DNA from: Candidatus Poribacteria bacterium
GTDB lineage: Bacteria; Poribacteria; WGA-4E; UBA9662
Length of the DNA stretch: 64,000 nt
Direction of reading: 5' to 3'
Assembly: GCA_046582655.1 (NCBI GenBank)
Contig: JAYGDX010000063.1
Location: 32,001 to 96,000 of the forward strand
Shown here piece by piece: positions 51,349 through 62,200 of the stretch. The notes beneath the pieces were generated by a model, which was given only the letters and a program-made list of their open reading frames with translations, made no database searches and was not told the origin of the DNA. The translations under genes and the position numbers were made by a program. Positions within the stretch are counted from its first letter, which is position 1, and each line of letters begins with the position of its first letter.

Positions 51349-52185
51349 GTGAAGGCAGAATCTAAAATTTCCATTGAACACATCGAAGCTTTTGCAGATG
51401 ATCCCGATTTAGAACGTATGGCCGAAATTTACAATGAGCACGGTTGTCTGGTTGTACGCGGGTTGATGTCCCTCTACATTAATGATTTACATCGCGATAT
51501 TGGAGCAATCGCACAAGAATCAATTGCACAGTTAGATGAAGTTGTAGAAATAGTAGAAGGATGGCGAACACCAAATGGGACACTATTTATACCAGCACCA
51601 GAAGGATGCCCGAGAGATAAACAGATCATGGTCCTCGGAATCCATTACAACAATAGCGAAGCATTTGAAAAATCATCCCGCGATCCAAAGGTTATTGAAA
51701 TTGTCACCGCTATTCTGGGTTCCGATTTCGAAATATTTGGTAGTGGTCAAAGCCTATACAAAGAACCCAACGGCGGGCACCCAAAACTACTTCATCAAGA
51801 TTCAGCATACTTTCAGCATCGGCATGAGGGGCCTGTTGGCATCTTAAGCTATGTCGTGGACACGGATCTCATAAATGGAGCTTTACACGTCGTCCCTGGA
51901 TCCCATAAACTGGGACAGCTAAGGCATATAGATACCTTTTCACACCTTGGTCTGGATTCGGATGAATGGGCTTGGGAAGATGCACTTCCCATTACTGGCA
52001 AAGCAGGAGATTCAATATTTTTTCACGTTCAAACAATCCATGGATCAAAGCAGAATTTCTCGGACAAACCGCGACCAATTTTTATTAACCGTTATCGACG
52101 AAAAGGTGATGAGACAATTATTGGTGGGACGACAGTTGCCAATCGAGCCAAATTAGAACTGCGTCACGCTGAATCACAACAGTAA
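51349..52185 (+). CDS. Phytanoyl-CoA dioxygenase (PhyH) family dioxygenase
   Basis: YKEP.GG...LHQDSAYF, NGALHVVPGSH, TIHGSKQN...R; GAGGT Shine-Dalgarno before GTG. Confidence 0.92.
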   Translation: MKAESKISIEHIEAFADDPDLERMAEIYNEHGCLVVRGLMSLYINDLHRDIGAIAQESIAQLDEVVEIVEGWRTPNGTLFIPAPEGCPRDKQIMVLGIHYNNSEAFEKSSRDPKVIEIVTAILGSDFEIFGSGQSLYKEPNGGHPKLLHQDSAYFQHRHEGPVGILSYVVDTDLINGALHVVPGSHKLGQLRHIDTFSHLGLDSDEWAWEDALPITGKAGDSIFFHVQTIHGSKQNFSDKPRPIFINRYRRKGDETIIGGTTVANRAKLELRHAESQQ

Positions 52186-52224
52186 GCGAACTATCGAATT
52201 ACTGTCTGCCTACTCAAGATCCTG

Positions 52225-54315
52225 TCAGTTCTTTGAATCGGCGTTCAGTTCTTGAACCAACTGATCAATTTTTCGGAATTGCCATGTCCAACGTACATTG
52301 TATAGAAACTGACGTAGATCAAAGCGGTTGTCATCTGGCGAGTATGACTCAGCATGATATGCGGGTGTCAGTGTTGTCATTTTGTGACGATTAACGGAAT
52401 AGTAGAAAAAGAAGCGTTTCACTTTCTCAGCTACTTCGGATGGAGCTAAGTGGTTCCATTCGTAGACCAGCTTTTCAAACATACTGACCGGACCACATCG
52501 ATAAATTTTACGCAGGATTCCAAAGCGACTAAGTTCCTCATAGGTCATTTTCATGTCAGCTTCGTCCTCCTGAGTATAATCCTCAGTAATGGGTTCAAGT
52601 TCAGCAGTAGGCAGGGCGGAAACCACGTCGATTAGGGCAGTATAACCCAGATGATCTGCTGCCCAGTCTAGGAAACGCCGAAGATCCATTTTACTGATTC
52701 CACCAATCGGATTAACATCCGCACTGCTACAATCATACTTGGTAACATAACCACGCAGGCTTTCATCAACATTAGCACTACTAAGCACCAACAAACCACC
52801 TTTCCCTCCACGCACCCATAACAAGAGTTGAGAGAGAAAATATGATAGAACCATTCTTATCCTTGCTTGAATATTTTGAAGGGCCACATTCTCTGCATCA
52901 GTGCCTCCCTCAATTCGAAATTTCGGTGTTTTGTCAGTTAATTTGATAAAAGTAGAGACTAACGCTGACACCACTGAATCAATGTTAACATCCAGATGGT
53001 ATGATCCTACCTGATCGGCGATGGCTTTAGCCCGATTCCGAGTGGCTTTTGAGCTGTTTTGTGACTCCATATAGCAGGTGTGGAAAATGCGGTTAGCAAA
53101 CTCCCGCGGATCCGTTGGCAGATAATTATCGTCTTCTCCTGTGATACGACGTGCATCAGCAATTACCTGTTGGTTACCAGACACTACAGCATTAGCTACC
53201 ATCTGGCACATTGATCCCACAATAGCCGCAGTAGACGAACTGTCAGCCCCCCCTGACACAGGCAGGAAAAATCCGCTAGAACCAGATCTGCGTAGATAAT
53301 CCCATAGCCAGCATGCGGGGCCGTAAGCAATTTCCTCTTCCGGAGTGTGATAGGACACAACATCCGAGTTGGATGGAGGGATACGCCGATCTGTCGTCAG
53401 CTCAAAATCCACCATAATACGGGGAATTGGGGTTGCTTGACTTGCTTGGACACTTCGACTGCCGATTGCCCCTCGATATGATCTGACTTCCTCCAGATCA
53501 ATCGTTGCTGTCACCACTTCCACATCCTCAATTGAAAACTGGGCCCCCCTTGTTACAATTTCTCCATTGATTGCAATGAGCGCACATCCATCGAAATACA
53601 GCCGGCCACCATCACAGCCTTGTTGATTTGCATAGAGATATATACCACCACTTTTTGCCGTTGCGCTTCGGATAAGATCTATCCTCTGATTGAGTTTACG
53701 GAGTTGGTGATGCGAAGCAGACCCATTAGCGATAATCTCAATCCCATCTAAACTAAGATGAATATGCGGACTGTTTGGCGTGAAAAGTTCTTCGCATGTC
53801 TCAGTGGCAATAACGGTATCACGTGTAGAAATCGCAGCTAGACCAATTGGCACAGTCCGTTGATTGGTGATTTCACAAATCATACGGGGGAGATGGTAAT
53901 CTTCAATCGATCTTGTATGGTGCCAAGCGGTGAACCAACGGGGTTCACGATAGTTTCCATCATTGGCGAGAAAAAGCTTGGGACGAATTAATAGAATTTT
54001 TCGATCGAGCACGAAAATGCGGCAGTTATAGCGCACATTTTTATGCATTATTGGCATACCTATATCACACAGGATACCTTCAGTTAAATCATCACCAATA
54101 ATTTCAGCGAAACTCTCCCATGCGTGTAGAAATGTGTCCTCCTCAAGAAAAGCATCCTCACAACCGTAGCCGGTGATCTCAAGCTCAGGTCCAAGCCGGT
54201 AACATGCATCCCTATTCTTAGCTTCTTCAATCGATGCAAGAATCCGTTCAAGATTACCTTCAAAATCCAAGGCCCACTGATTGAGATTGCAAGTTGCAAG
54301 AGTTGTTAGTTTCAT
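52225..54315 (-). CDS. nadE: Glutamine-dependent NAD+ synthetase, eukaryotic (Qns1/NADSYN1) type
   Basis: Nitrilase domain with E-K-C triad (GPELE, RPK, ETCEELF); synthetase P-loop [32 protein letters not shown]. Confidence 0.95.
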   Translation of the reverse strand: MKLTTLATCNLNQWALDFEGNLERILASIEEAKNRDACYRLGPELEITGYGCEDAFLEEDTFLHAWESFAEIIGDDLTEGILCDIGMPIMHKNVRYNCRIFVLDRKILLIRPKLFLANDGNYREPRWFTAWHHTRSIEDYHLPRMICEITNQRTVPIGLAAISTRDTVIATETCEELFTPNSPHIHLSLDGIEIIANGSASHHQLRKLNQRIDLIRSATAKSGGIYLYANQQGCDGGRLYFDGCALIAINGEIVTRGAQFSIEDVEVVTATIDLEEVRSYRGAIGSRSVQASQATPIPRIMVDFELTTDRRIPPSNSDVVSYHTPEEEIAYGPACWLWDYLRRSGSSGFFLPVSGGADSSSTAAIVGSMCQMVANAVVSGNQQVIADARRITGEDDNYLPTDPREFANRIFHTCYMESQNSSKATRNRAKAIADQVGSYHLDVNIDSVVSALVSTFIKLTDKTPKFRIEGGTDAENVALQNIQARIRMVLSYFLSQLLLWVRGGKGGLLVLSSANVDESLRGYVTKYDCSSADVNPIGGISKMDLRRFLDWAADHLGYTALIDVVSALPTAELEPITEDYTQEDEADMKMTYEELSRFGILRKIYRCGPVSMFEKLVYEWNHLAPSEVAEKVKRFFFYYSVNRHKMTTLTPAYHAESYSPDDNRFDLRQFLYNVRWTWQFRKIDQLVQELNADSKN

Positions 54316-54323
54316 TATCTTAT

Positions 54324-54354
54324 AAAAAAAGCAGGGAAAAATTTTCCCTGCTTT
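54324..54354 (-). terminator. Intrinsic terminator after the TPR lipoprotein gene
   Basis: GCAGGGAAA...TTTCCCTGC stem followed by T7 on the minus strand. Confidence 0.8.
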
Positions 54355-54378
54355 AAGAAACCAGTTTACACAAACCTC

Positions 54379-55878
54379 TTATGCTTGAGGTTCATTTTCC
54401 TTCTTACTATCCGGATTATCATCTGGATCTCGATCTGATGTTCCAGCTTCTTGTTCCCGATAGAACATGAAACCATCCTCATCTTGATCTTGTTCCAGTT
54501 GTCGTACTATTTGATCTGCCTCGCGATAGTATCTTAGTTTTTCAATACCACCACTTCCAGCCAGACTCTTATATGCCTTAAAACCTTCGTAGGCCAGCTC
54601 AAACTCTCGAATACTACGATAGCAAACTGCTTGCTGATAAACAGATTCGTCGCGCCATATCGATTGCGGAGCTCTTTCAAACAGAGTCTCATATCCCATA
54701 ATAGCATTCTCAAGTTGCCCATCCAGCTGATACAAACGACCAATTTGGTACAATGCATCTGCAGCAGCGAATGCGTTACCCCGTAAATTATAAGCAAGCT
54801 CATTATAGCAAAAAACCGCATTTGGGAAATTTTCCATTTTTAGCCAACCTCCAGCAATATTCTGGTAGTTCTGAACAATTCTATCACGGAACCCCATCTG
54901 GTAGAGCTTATCCGGTGTTACGTAACGCCCCATTCTCCTCATAGCCATGGCTTTTTTATTGGTGTATTTGTTGATATCATCTTGATCCTGCTTAATGGCC
55001 GTCAACGTATATGCAGACTTTTTAAGCAAAGTTTCAGCTTGTTTAGATTCAAACGAATCTTCGTAATTTTGTGCCACTTTTATAAACGCGCCCCAGCCGC
55101 CTTTATTCGAATAATCGTAAAGCTTATAAAAGTAGACATTACCAACCTTAAATTGCGAACGGGGAGCGAGATCATGATCTGGAAACTCAGCAACCAATTT
55201 TTCATAAGAGCCTATTGCTTCGAGATAATTCCCAAGCGTCATGTAGGATTCACCAATATCGTACAAGGCTTGCGCAGCAAAATCTTGGGTCTGCTTTGCC
55301 CGTTCATCGTCCCCTTTAAGCTGGTTGCGATAGAGTCTAAGCTGATCTTGAATGGTCCTCCTGCTCTTTCGAATATCGGAGATACTACCTTTCGAACGAC
55401 TACCAAGATAACCTGTCGGCGCCAAATCAATAGCCGTTTGATAATGTTCTACCGCTAGATCCCACAACTCGTTTGATGTCCTAGCTGGAAACTTATCAAG
55501 GCCTTTTTTACCAGCGGAATCAGAGAGTATTAGCTTTACCTCATGATACGGACTTTTGTAAATCTCCGCTATCCGAAAATGTGCTCTCTGATTATATTTG
55601 CCACTCGCGCTGCACTCGATATAAAGCGCTATTGCTTTATCGTAAAGGGTACGCTTATCAGTAAGAAGCTCCCTCCTTTTTTCAGGTTCAAGATCCCTAC
55701 TGACAGAGATCATCCTTGCCAATTCCACTTTACGATCCGCGTTTTGTATTTTTACACTCATGGGCACAACTGATATGCCACCCGCACATCCAACCAACAT
55801 GACTGCAATAGAAACCAAGAAAATGTTAAGCATACCGTCGATTAAAAGCTTCTTTGCCACAATACGGTCCTCCCTCAT
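54379..55878 (-). CDS. TPR-repeat lipoprotein (BamD/CpoB-like repeats) with an acidic DxDxDG tail
   Basis: Lipobox LVGC; ALYDIGESY...FPDHDLAPRSQFKVG; DALYQIG; DQDEDG...GTSDRDPDD. Likely start is GTG 55860 behind GGAGG. Confidence 0.8.
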   Translation of the reverse strand: MREDRIVAKKLLIDGMLNIFLVSIAVMLVGCAGGISVVPMSVKIQNADRKVELARMISVSRDLEPEKRRELLTDKRTLYDKAIALYIECSASGKYNQRAHFRIAEIYKSPYHEVKLILSDSAGKKGLDKFPARTSNELWDLAVEHYQTAIDLAPTGYLGSRSKGSISDIRKSRRTIQDQLRLYRNQLKGDDERAKQTQDFAAQALYDIGESYMTLGNYLEAIGSYEKLVAEFPDHDLAPRSQFKVGNVYFYKLYDYSNKGGWGAFIKVAQNYEDSFESKQAETLLKKSAYTLTAIKQDQDDINKYTNKKAMAMRRMGRYVTPDKLYQMGFRDRIVQNYQNIAGGWLKMENFPNAVFCYNELAYNLRGNAFAAADALYQIGRLYQLDGQLENAIMGYETLFERAPQSIWRDESVYQQAVCYRSIREFELAYEGFKAYKSLAGSGGIEKLRYYREADQIVRQLEQDQDEDGFMFYREQEAGTSDRDPDDNPDSKKENEPQA

Positions 55879-55933
55879 TTGTATATTCGCATATTATATC
55901 GTATTACATCAAAATCGCAAGAAAAATCCATAC

Positions 55934-56818
55934 TTATTTTAAAACCCGTTCGAAGTTAACGTAAATTTCTCCTGATTGATCAACCTGAGTTTGATTTTTA
56001 GATAATGGTGCAAACATAAATTTTGAAATATACTCAATAGCGATCTGCTTCAATACTCCTGTCCTATTCTCGATGACTCGGACCTGAAAAACAGAGCCAT
56101 CAGGCTGAACACCAAAACTAAGCTTAACAAAACCTCCTTGCAATTCTTTTTTTATCTCCGGATCCCGCGGTTTATAAATAATCGTACGACCTTCTACTTG
56201 CCCACTGATCCGAAAACCTCGTCCACTCGATACACGGCTTTTTCTAGAGGTAATGTTACCACCAGTAGCCAGTTTTCCTGAGATTTTTCGACCACCACTC
56301 CCATTCCTACTCTCCCTGACACTTGAATCTGATTCACCAAAACGATTCAATGACGCCTGATAGGCACCTACTTCCATTACCGATCGAGATCGAACAGGCG
56401 CATCTACATTGATTTTGGACACGCCCTGTTTGTACCCCGATGATGCTGTCACATCAAGAGAAGTCCTATCCAAGTTCGATTGAAACAGCTGGCTTTTTTG
56501 TGGAAGATCAGGTAACCCAACTGAAACATCTGAACTGGTGAGATAACTCTGAACATCCTGAGAAGAACGAAGTGTTGGCAACTCAAGCGGTGTTTTAAAT
56601 TCCTGCGATATGGGATTCACAACAGGCAATTCCACAACTTCCTTTTTCTTATCCTTTTTTTGAGCAACGAGAATTTCTACGTTGATAGGTGCACTGTCTA
56701 CTTTCAGTGGTGGTTCCTGGTAAATGATAATCGCGAAAATCACTATAAAAACAACGTGTTCAACAACGGCAAGCGCAAAAAATTTATTTAAGCCATCTTG
56801 TTTCCTATATTCAATCAT
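55934..56818 (-). CDS. TonB/TolA-like energy transducer
   Basis: Single N-terminal TM containing His (VVEHVV), long low-complexity linker, TonB_C-like end (P.P...G.VKLSF.V.PDGSV..V.V...A......F.FAP). Confidence 0.8.
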   Translation of the reverse strand: MIEYRKQDGLNKFFALAVVEHVVFIVIFAIIIYQEPPLKVDSAPINVEILVAQKKDKKKEVVELPVVNPISQEFKTPLELPTLRSSQDVQSYLTSSDVSVGLPDLPQKSQLFQSNLDRTSLDVTASSGYKQGVSKINVDAPVRSRSVMEVGAYQASLNRFGESDSSVRESRNGSGGRKISGKLATGGNITSRKSRVSSGRGFRISGQVEGRTIIYKPRDPEIKKELQGGFVKLSFGVQPDGSVFQVRVIENRTGVLKQIAIEYISKFMFAPLSKNQTQVDQSGEIYVNFERVLK

Positions 56819-57531
56819 GACGAATCAATCTCACCAGATTCTTTTATAGTCCAATCATGAATGTTTTCTAACTCATCATCAAACATACCCCTTTCCTCAG
56901 CCGATAAAAAACGGGTAAGAGACATGGCATGTCTCTCAAGTTCAACCATGAAAGCCCGCACTTGATTAGTAAAATAATGATAGGCGATATAAGTTGGCAA
57001 AGCCACAATTAGCCCTGCAGCTGTTGTCAATAGTGCTTCGGAGATCCCATTTGCGATTTCAGGTAGTTTGCCAATCTGGCTATCATCTCTCCACAACGCA
57101 TTGAATGATGCTGTCATGCCAACAACCGTACCGAGAAGCCCAGTATACATTGAAACTAATGCCAGCATACCAAGAGTACTAAGATACTTATACAATACCG
57201 GCTTTTCACTGTTGATAGCTACCTTCAAGACAATCTTCAACACCTCTTCACTCCTATCATGATTTTGAATGCCAGTTTTAAAAATGTTGGTCAATGGACT
57301 AGGACGTTTATCGCAGATACTAATTGCTGCCTCCGGATTCCCCTGCAGCAGTTCATCGTAGATACTACGTGTGATAAGATGTGACGGGATAATCTGGTTA
57401 CGACGTAACCGAAATATCCTTTCCAAAATTATAGTGTGTGACCAAATAGAATAAATAATAAGCGGGATTAAAATAACCCCCCCTTTACTCAATTGGTCAA
57501 CCCCCGTTCCAATCACCTCAAGTATTTTCAA
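56815..57531 (-). CDS. MotA/TolQ/ExbB proton channel protein
   Basis: GG..LIPL...IILER, GLLGTVVGM..SF, IANGISEALLTTAAGLIVALP. Confidence 0.93.
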   Translation of the reverse strand: MKILEVIGTGVDQLSKGGVILIPLIIYSIWSHTIILERIFRLRRNQIIPSHLITRSIYDELLQGNPEAAISICDKRPSPLTNIFKTGIQNHDRSEEVLKIVLKVAINSEKPVLYKYLSTLGMLALVSMYTGLLGTVVGMTASFNALWRDDSQIGKLPEIANGISEALLTTAAGLIVALPTYIAYHYFTNQVRAFMVELERHAMSLTRFLSAEERGMFDDELENIHDWTIKESGEIDSS

Positions 57532-59267
57532 AATTCTAACTCCAATCCAAAATCAAAAGCATTCGGCGTAAACAGGTAATCAGTTAACTGCATGTATTCC
57601 CCAACAACAAATGCCCCACCAATGAAACCGCTCATATGATTTCCAACTTGCTTGGCAAGTTTTGGTTTGATTAAAACATAATCTTCTAGGTTCAGGTCTT
57701 CAGTCTCCGCTTCAGTGGATCTACCGCCACGAAACTCACCAATCAACTCTGCTTTAAAACCTAAGGGCAGATCATAAACCAGATCTAGATCAATCCAATT
57801 TGTTGATCGATATGGTATACTCTGATGAAGTTCGTGTTTGAGCTTGAGATTGAGTCTAAGCTGATTGAGAAGGTTCACTTGCACCAGAAGCTGACCGCCA
57901 GAGATTAGTTTCTTTTGATCAAAGTTGTATGGTATCCATGCGATATCTGACGTCTCTGCTAACGCTTTTGAATCTCTTTTTAGAACAACAAGATCTTCTA
58001 TTAGCTTTGAGAATCCAGAGAAACTAACCTCAAACTTTTTGGCATGATACCTTTTCAGCGTCATCTGGCCACACCAAATTTTCTCGGATTGCAATGCAGG
58101 AAACACATTGACATAATCCTGATTAAAATAGAGATTGGAGAGTTGAGGAACTTCTATCGTTCCATATAGCTCAACTTGCAGTTTCCACCGACTATTTAAA
58201 TTCATTATTGTCTTCAAAGAAGGATTTAATCGAAACTTCGTAAGCTCCTCACTTACCTCGCTAGGAAGATCTCCGTTCACCTCACTACCACTTTCCAAAA
58301 AACTCACAAACTCACTACCCAAGAAAAAAACTATTGGGCCGATGGTGCTGTATTGATCACGCGCATACAAACGAAAAATGGTAGAGCGTGTGTTTTTTAG
58401 AGCATCGTAAGTTGCTGAGGAACGATATTCAAGACCTCCACCAAAATGCATGGGGTTGAGAATATGTCTAAGGTGATTAGGTGGGAAATCTGTAAAAACA
58501 TCCAAGTTAATTCTTACATCTGTTCCACCATCAATTTGGTTATTAGAATCCAGTTCATAAGATTCAAATTTGGCATTTAAATTTGCCCTTGTTTTTTCTG
58601 TAATTTGTTGGTCCAGGTTAACATCAGTCCACATCAACTTAGGAGTTTTAGAATTCAGTTTAAATCCCAGTGGGGACTGAGATGTTTTCCAATTCAGTTC
58701 TTTAAGGTTCATTCCGAGATTAAGTTTTAAAGAAGAATGCGCGGCATATCGGTAGCCAAGTCCACCATGAAATAGATCAAGATTATAATTTCCACGATCG
58801 TCTGTTCTTTCCTTCCCAATCTGATTTCGCGTGAGGCTGACAAAACCATTGGTTTGATTCGTTTGTCCAGCCAATATCACTTTGTAAAAAAACGACTCCG
58901 GCAAACTCGGATAGGCGATCATACTGAAATGATGACCTTTTAAAGGGTGGCCATCTAAATGGACTAATTTGTTAGGGACAATGTTGGGCGGGAGGTTCCA
59001 GAGCCTTTCTTTCGCATATAAAGCCAGCGAGTGAATCAACTTTGGCTTTGATGGATCATTAAATCGTTCCCTTGGCTCAAGTGCGATCTGCGTTGTATCG
59101 ACGATCTGGATCTTTTCCTCTTCAAGCTTGATTTCCGCCGATTCTTCCACAACTTGTGGTACTTCTGCATACAAAGTAAAAAACGGGGACAAAACAAGGG
59201 CGAAAAGTATTGGTCTGAAAACACAAAATTGATGATAAAGACTTAATAGAAGTCGGAAAATTTCCAC
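57528..59267 (-). CDS. Outer-membrane beta-barrel protein (TonB-dependent-receptor-like, no obvious plug domain)
   Basis: Signal peptide, amphipathic strands, PQLSNLY...LQSEK segment, C-terminal beta-signal FDFGLELEF. Confidence 0.7.
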   Translation of the reverse strand: MEIFRLLLSLYHQFCVFRPILFALVLSPFFTLYAEVPQVVEESAEIKLEEEKIQIVDTTQIALEPRERFNDPSKPKLIHSLALYAKERLWNLPPNIVPNKLVHLDGHPLKGHHFSMIAYPSLPESFFYKVILAGQTNQTNGFVSLTRNQIGKERTDDRGNYNLDLFHGGLGYRYAAHSSLKLNLGMNLKELNWKTSQSPLGFKLNSKTPKLMWTDVNLDQQITEKTRANLNAKFESYELDSNNQIDGGTDVRINLDVFTDFPPNHLRHILNPMHFGGGLEYRSSATYDALKNTRSTIFRLYARDQYSTIGPIVFFLGSEFVSFLESGSEVNGDLPSEVSEELTKFRLNPSLKTIMNLNSRWKLQVELYGTIEVPQLSNLYFNQDYVNVFPALQSEKIWCGQMTLKRYHAKKFEVSFSGFSKLIEDLVVLKRDSKALAETSDIAWIPYNFDQKKLISGGQLLVQVNLLNQLRLNLKLKHELHQSIPYRSTNWIDLDLVYDLPLGFKAELIGEFRGGRSTEAETEDLNLEDYVLIKPKLAKQVGNHMSGFIGGAFVVGEYMQLTDYLFTPNAFDFGLELEF

Positions 59268-59276
59268 TGATTGGGG

Positions 59277-62200
59277 TTATTGTTGCTCGATCTGACTCAA
59301 AATCTGCTTATACTTATTTTGAGCGTATTCATGGAGTTGATCCCACTCTTCTCTTTTCTGGGCATCGGCCGTCGAAATTTTAGCCTCAAATAAGCTGAGT
59401 GCGTCTTCACAGGTATCCTTTGCCATATAAATCTCGTCGGCTTTAATAAAAGCATCTGCCGCACGTACAGCCGCGTGGAAGGCAGTAAGGCTATCATGCT
59501 GTTCACGGAGATGACGCACACGCAGATAAGTCACACCTGAATCGTAATGTCGCCCGAGAATCGCCTGAGTCTCAGCAAGATGGAGTTCAGCATCAACAAC
59601 TATCTCTATACGATAACGATCTGTCCCTTTTTTACGGATGACATCGTAAGCTTCAATCGCTTGAAGAAAATTCTTCTGCGCTTTATAAGAATGACCCAAT
59701 GAAATTTGTGCATATTCTGCTTGATCCGATTGGGGGTAATATGATAGAACTCGATTGTAAAGATCTATTGCTTTTTGCCATTGAATCATTTCCTGATAGC
59801 ATTCGCCTGCAAGTAGAAGAGCTCTGGCAACGAAAGGACTTTTCGGGTGTTTTTGAGGAATATCAGTTAATATGTTGATGGCGTTGGTAAGATTACGACG
59901 TGAGTTTCTTTTGCTGTACCAAGCATTTCCGATTTCGAACATTGCGCTGGCAGAAAATTCACTTTTCGGATCAACTTGACTGAATGCTTCAATTGATTGC
60001 TTATACGATCCGAGCATAAGATAAGATTTACCAATATTATATTTAGCCAACCACGCAGACGGGGTGTTTGGGTATTGTTTGATAACTTTTTGAAATTCCG
60101 AGATTGCTCGTTTGTAATCTTTATCGGCATAGTAAAACCGACCAATTTGAAGTTGCACATCCGGAGCGAGACTGCTGGATCGATAATTTTTGATCAGTAT
60201 CCGGTAAGCCTGTAGCGATTTTTCCTTCTGTCCTAAGTTTTCATGTGCAGTAGCGACACTGTATTGTGCATCGTCTGCCCAGTTGCTTTTGGGATAGTGC
60301 TGGATGACTTTTTCAAATGCTTTGATGGCTTCACTATAATTCTTGAGATTCATAAAGCTTTCGGCGATATAGTATTGAGCTTCTGGACGAAGGTTAACCG
60401 CTTTCTCCGCTCCAGCTTCACGTGCTGGTACTTTTAGGTTTGGATAGTTTTCGACAACTTTGTTGTATTCGGTAATTGCGTTTGTATATCGTCCCTGTTT
60501 GAAATAACAATTTGCTACGCCGAAAATCGCATTAGGTTGAAGTCGAGATGAAGGAAATTTCCTGATCACCTCTGAAAAAGCATCGATAGCATCCGAATAT
60601 TTTTCCAGCTTGTAAAAAGACCATCCAATTTGGTATTGGGAATTATCTTGCCAGCTACTGCTGGCATATGAACCTATGACACGCGTAAACGATTGAATTG
60701 CCTCCGAATATTTTTTGAGATTACACTGGGAAACACCAATCTGGTATAATGCTTGATCTGCCAACCCACTCTCAGGGTACTTCTGGATCATCGTTTTCCA
60801 AGTAGCGATAGCCCGGTTATAATACTTTTGACGCTCTTTATCGCTAGAGACTGCTGCTTCCGAAAAATAAGTCCAACCTATACTAAATTGCGATTTCTCA
60901 GCCCACTCGCTATGAGGTTCTTCCTTAATCAGTTCCTGATATTTTTGACGTGCAGACCGATAGGACTCTTTGGTTGGACTTTGCCAATACGTACTTTCAG
61001 CAATAAAATAATTGGATTGGAGCAAGTGTTTGCTTTGTGGGTACTTTTGTATTAAAAGATTGCATGCTTTGATGGTTCCAGCATAGTCCTCTACTTCATA
61101 CAGCGCTCGTGCTTTCCAAAAAAGAGCTTCATCAGCTGGGGCAGTTTCAAGATTTCGATCCTGAACACTAGCAAAGTAAAGACCAAAGGTTTGGGAACTT
61201 TCCAGGTATAATTCCGAATTAAAATAAGCCAAACCAAGATGATAAAGTGCATAGGGTCTAAGATCTGTCTCAGGATAAATCTCAATGAGTTTATTGAGTT
61301 CACCGATTACTCCCTGATAGTCACGCAATTGGAAGTAGCAGATTCCAATTTGGTAGGAGGCATCATCGGCATAGGGAGATGGAAAGCCCAATATCTTCTT
61401 ATAGTTAAGTATGGCTGTGTTAAACTCTCGAAGCATTCGAAAGCATTCCCCCATCCGAAATCGTGCGGCATGTGACAATCCAGATTGTAAATTGACTGCC
61501 ACTGTTTTAAATGTACTGAGTGCCTTAGCATACGCACCTTGTTCAAAGTGAACCATACCAATTCCGTACCGGGCATTGTCAGATACAGAACTATCTGGGT
61601 ATAGGTCTATTACTTTCTGATATTCATAAATAGCTTCAGTCGCTTTCTTCTCTTCAGCCAAAATCTCAGCAATCCAATATTGAGCTTCAGCTAAAATGAG
61701 AGAACCTATTCCTTCATTGAGAAGCAGGCTAAATTCTTGTCTTGCTTCAGCCATCATCCGCTGCTGAAAATAACATTCGCCAAGTCTAAATCGTGCGTCG
61801 GTAATCATCTGCCCCCGCTTGGGATCAGCCATATAAGTTTGGATAAAATCACCAAACTCGATTTGTGCGTTGGCCCATTCACCCATTTTGAAAAGTGATT
61901 CAGCTGCACGGTAGCCCGCCTCGGGAGCAGTATAATGATTCGGATATTTTCGACTAAAACCAGAAAGGAGTTCATAAGCTGACCGGAAGTTTTTAAGTCG
62001 GTAGAATGTCCAGCCTTTGGAATAAAGTGCATCTGCCATCTCCTTTGATTGCGAATATTCGGAGATCACCTGGTCATAGTATTCACCCGCTTTTTGGTAC
62101 AGCCCCAGGTTATCAAATGACTCACCGATCAAATAGAGGCTATGAGAAATAACTTCCGGTTCAACTGCGACTTCCAGTACTTCTTCGTAACCTTTGATTG

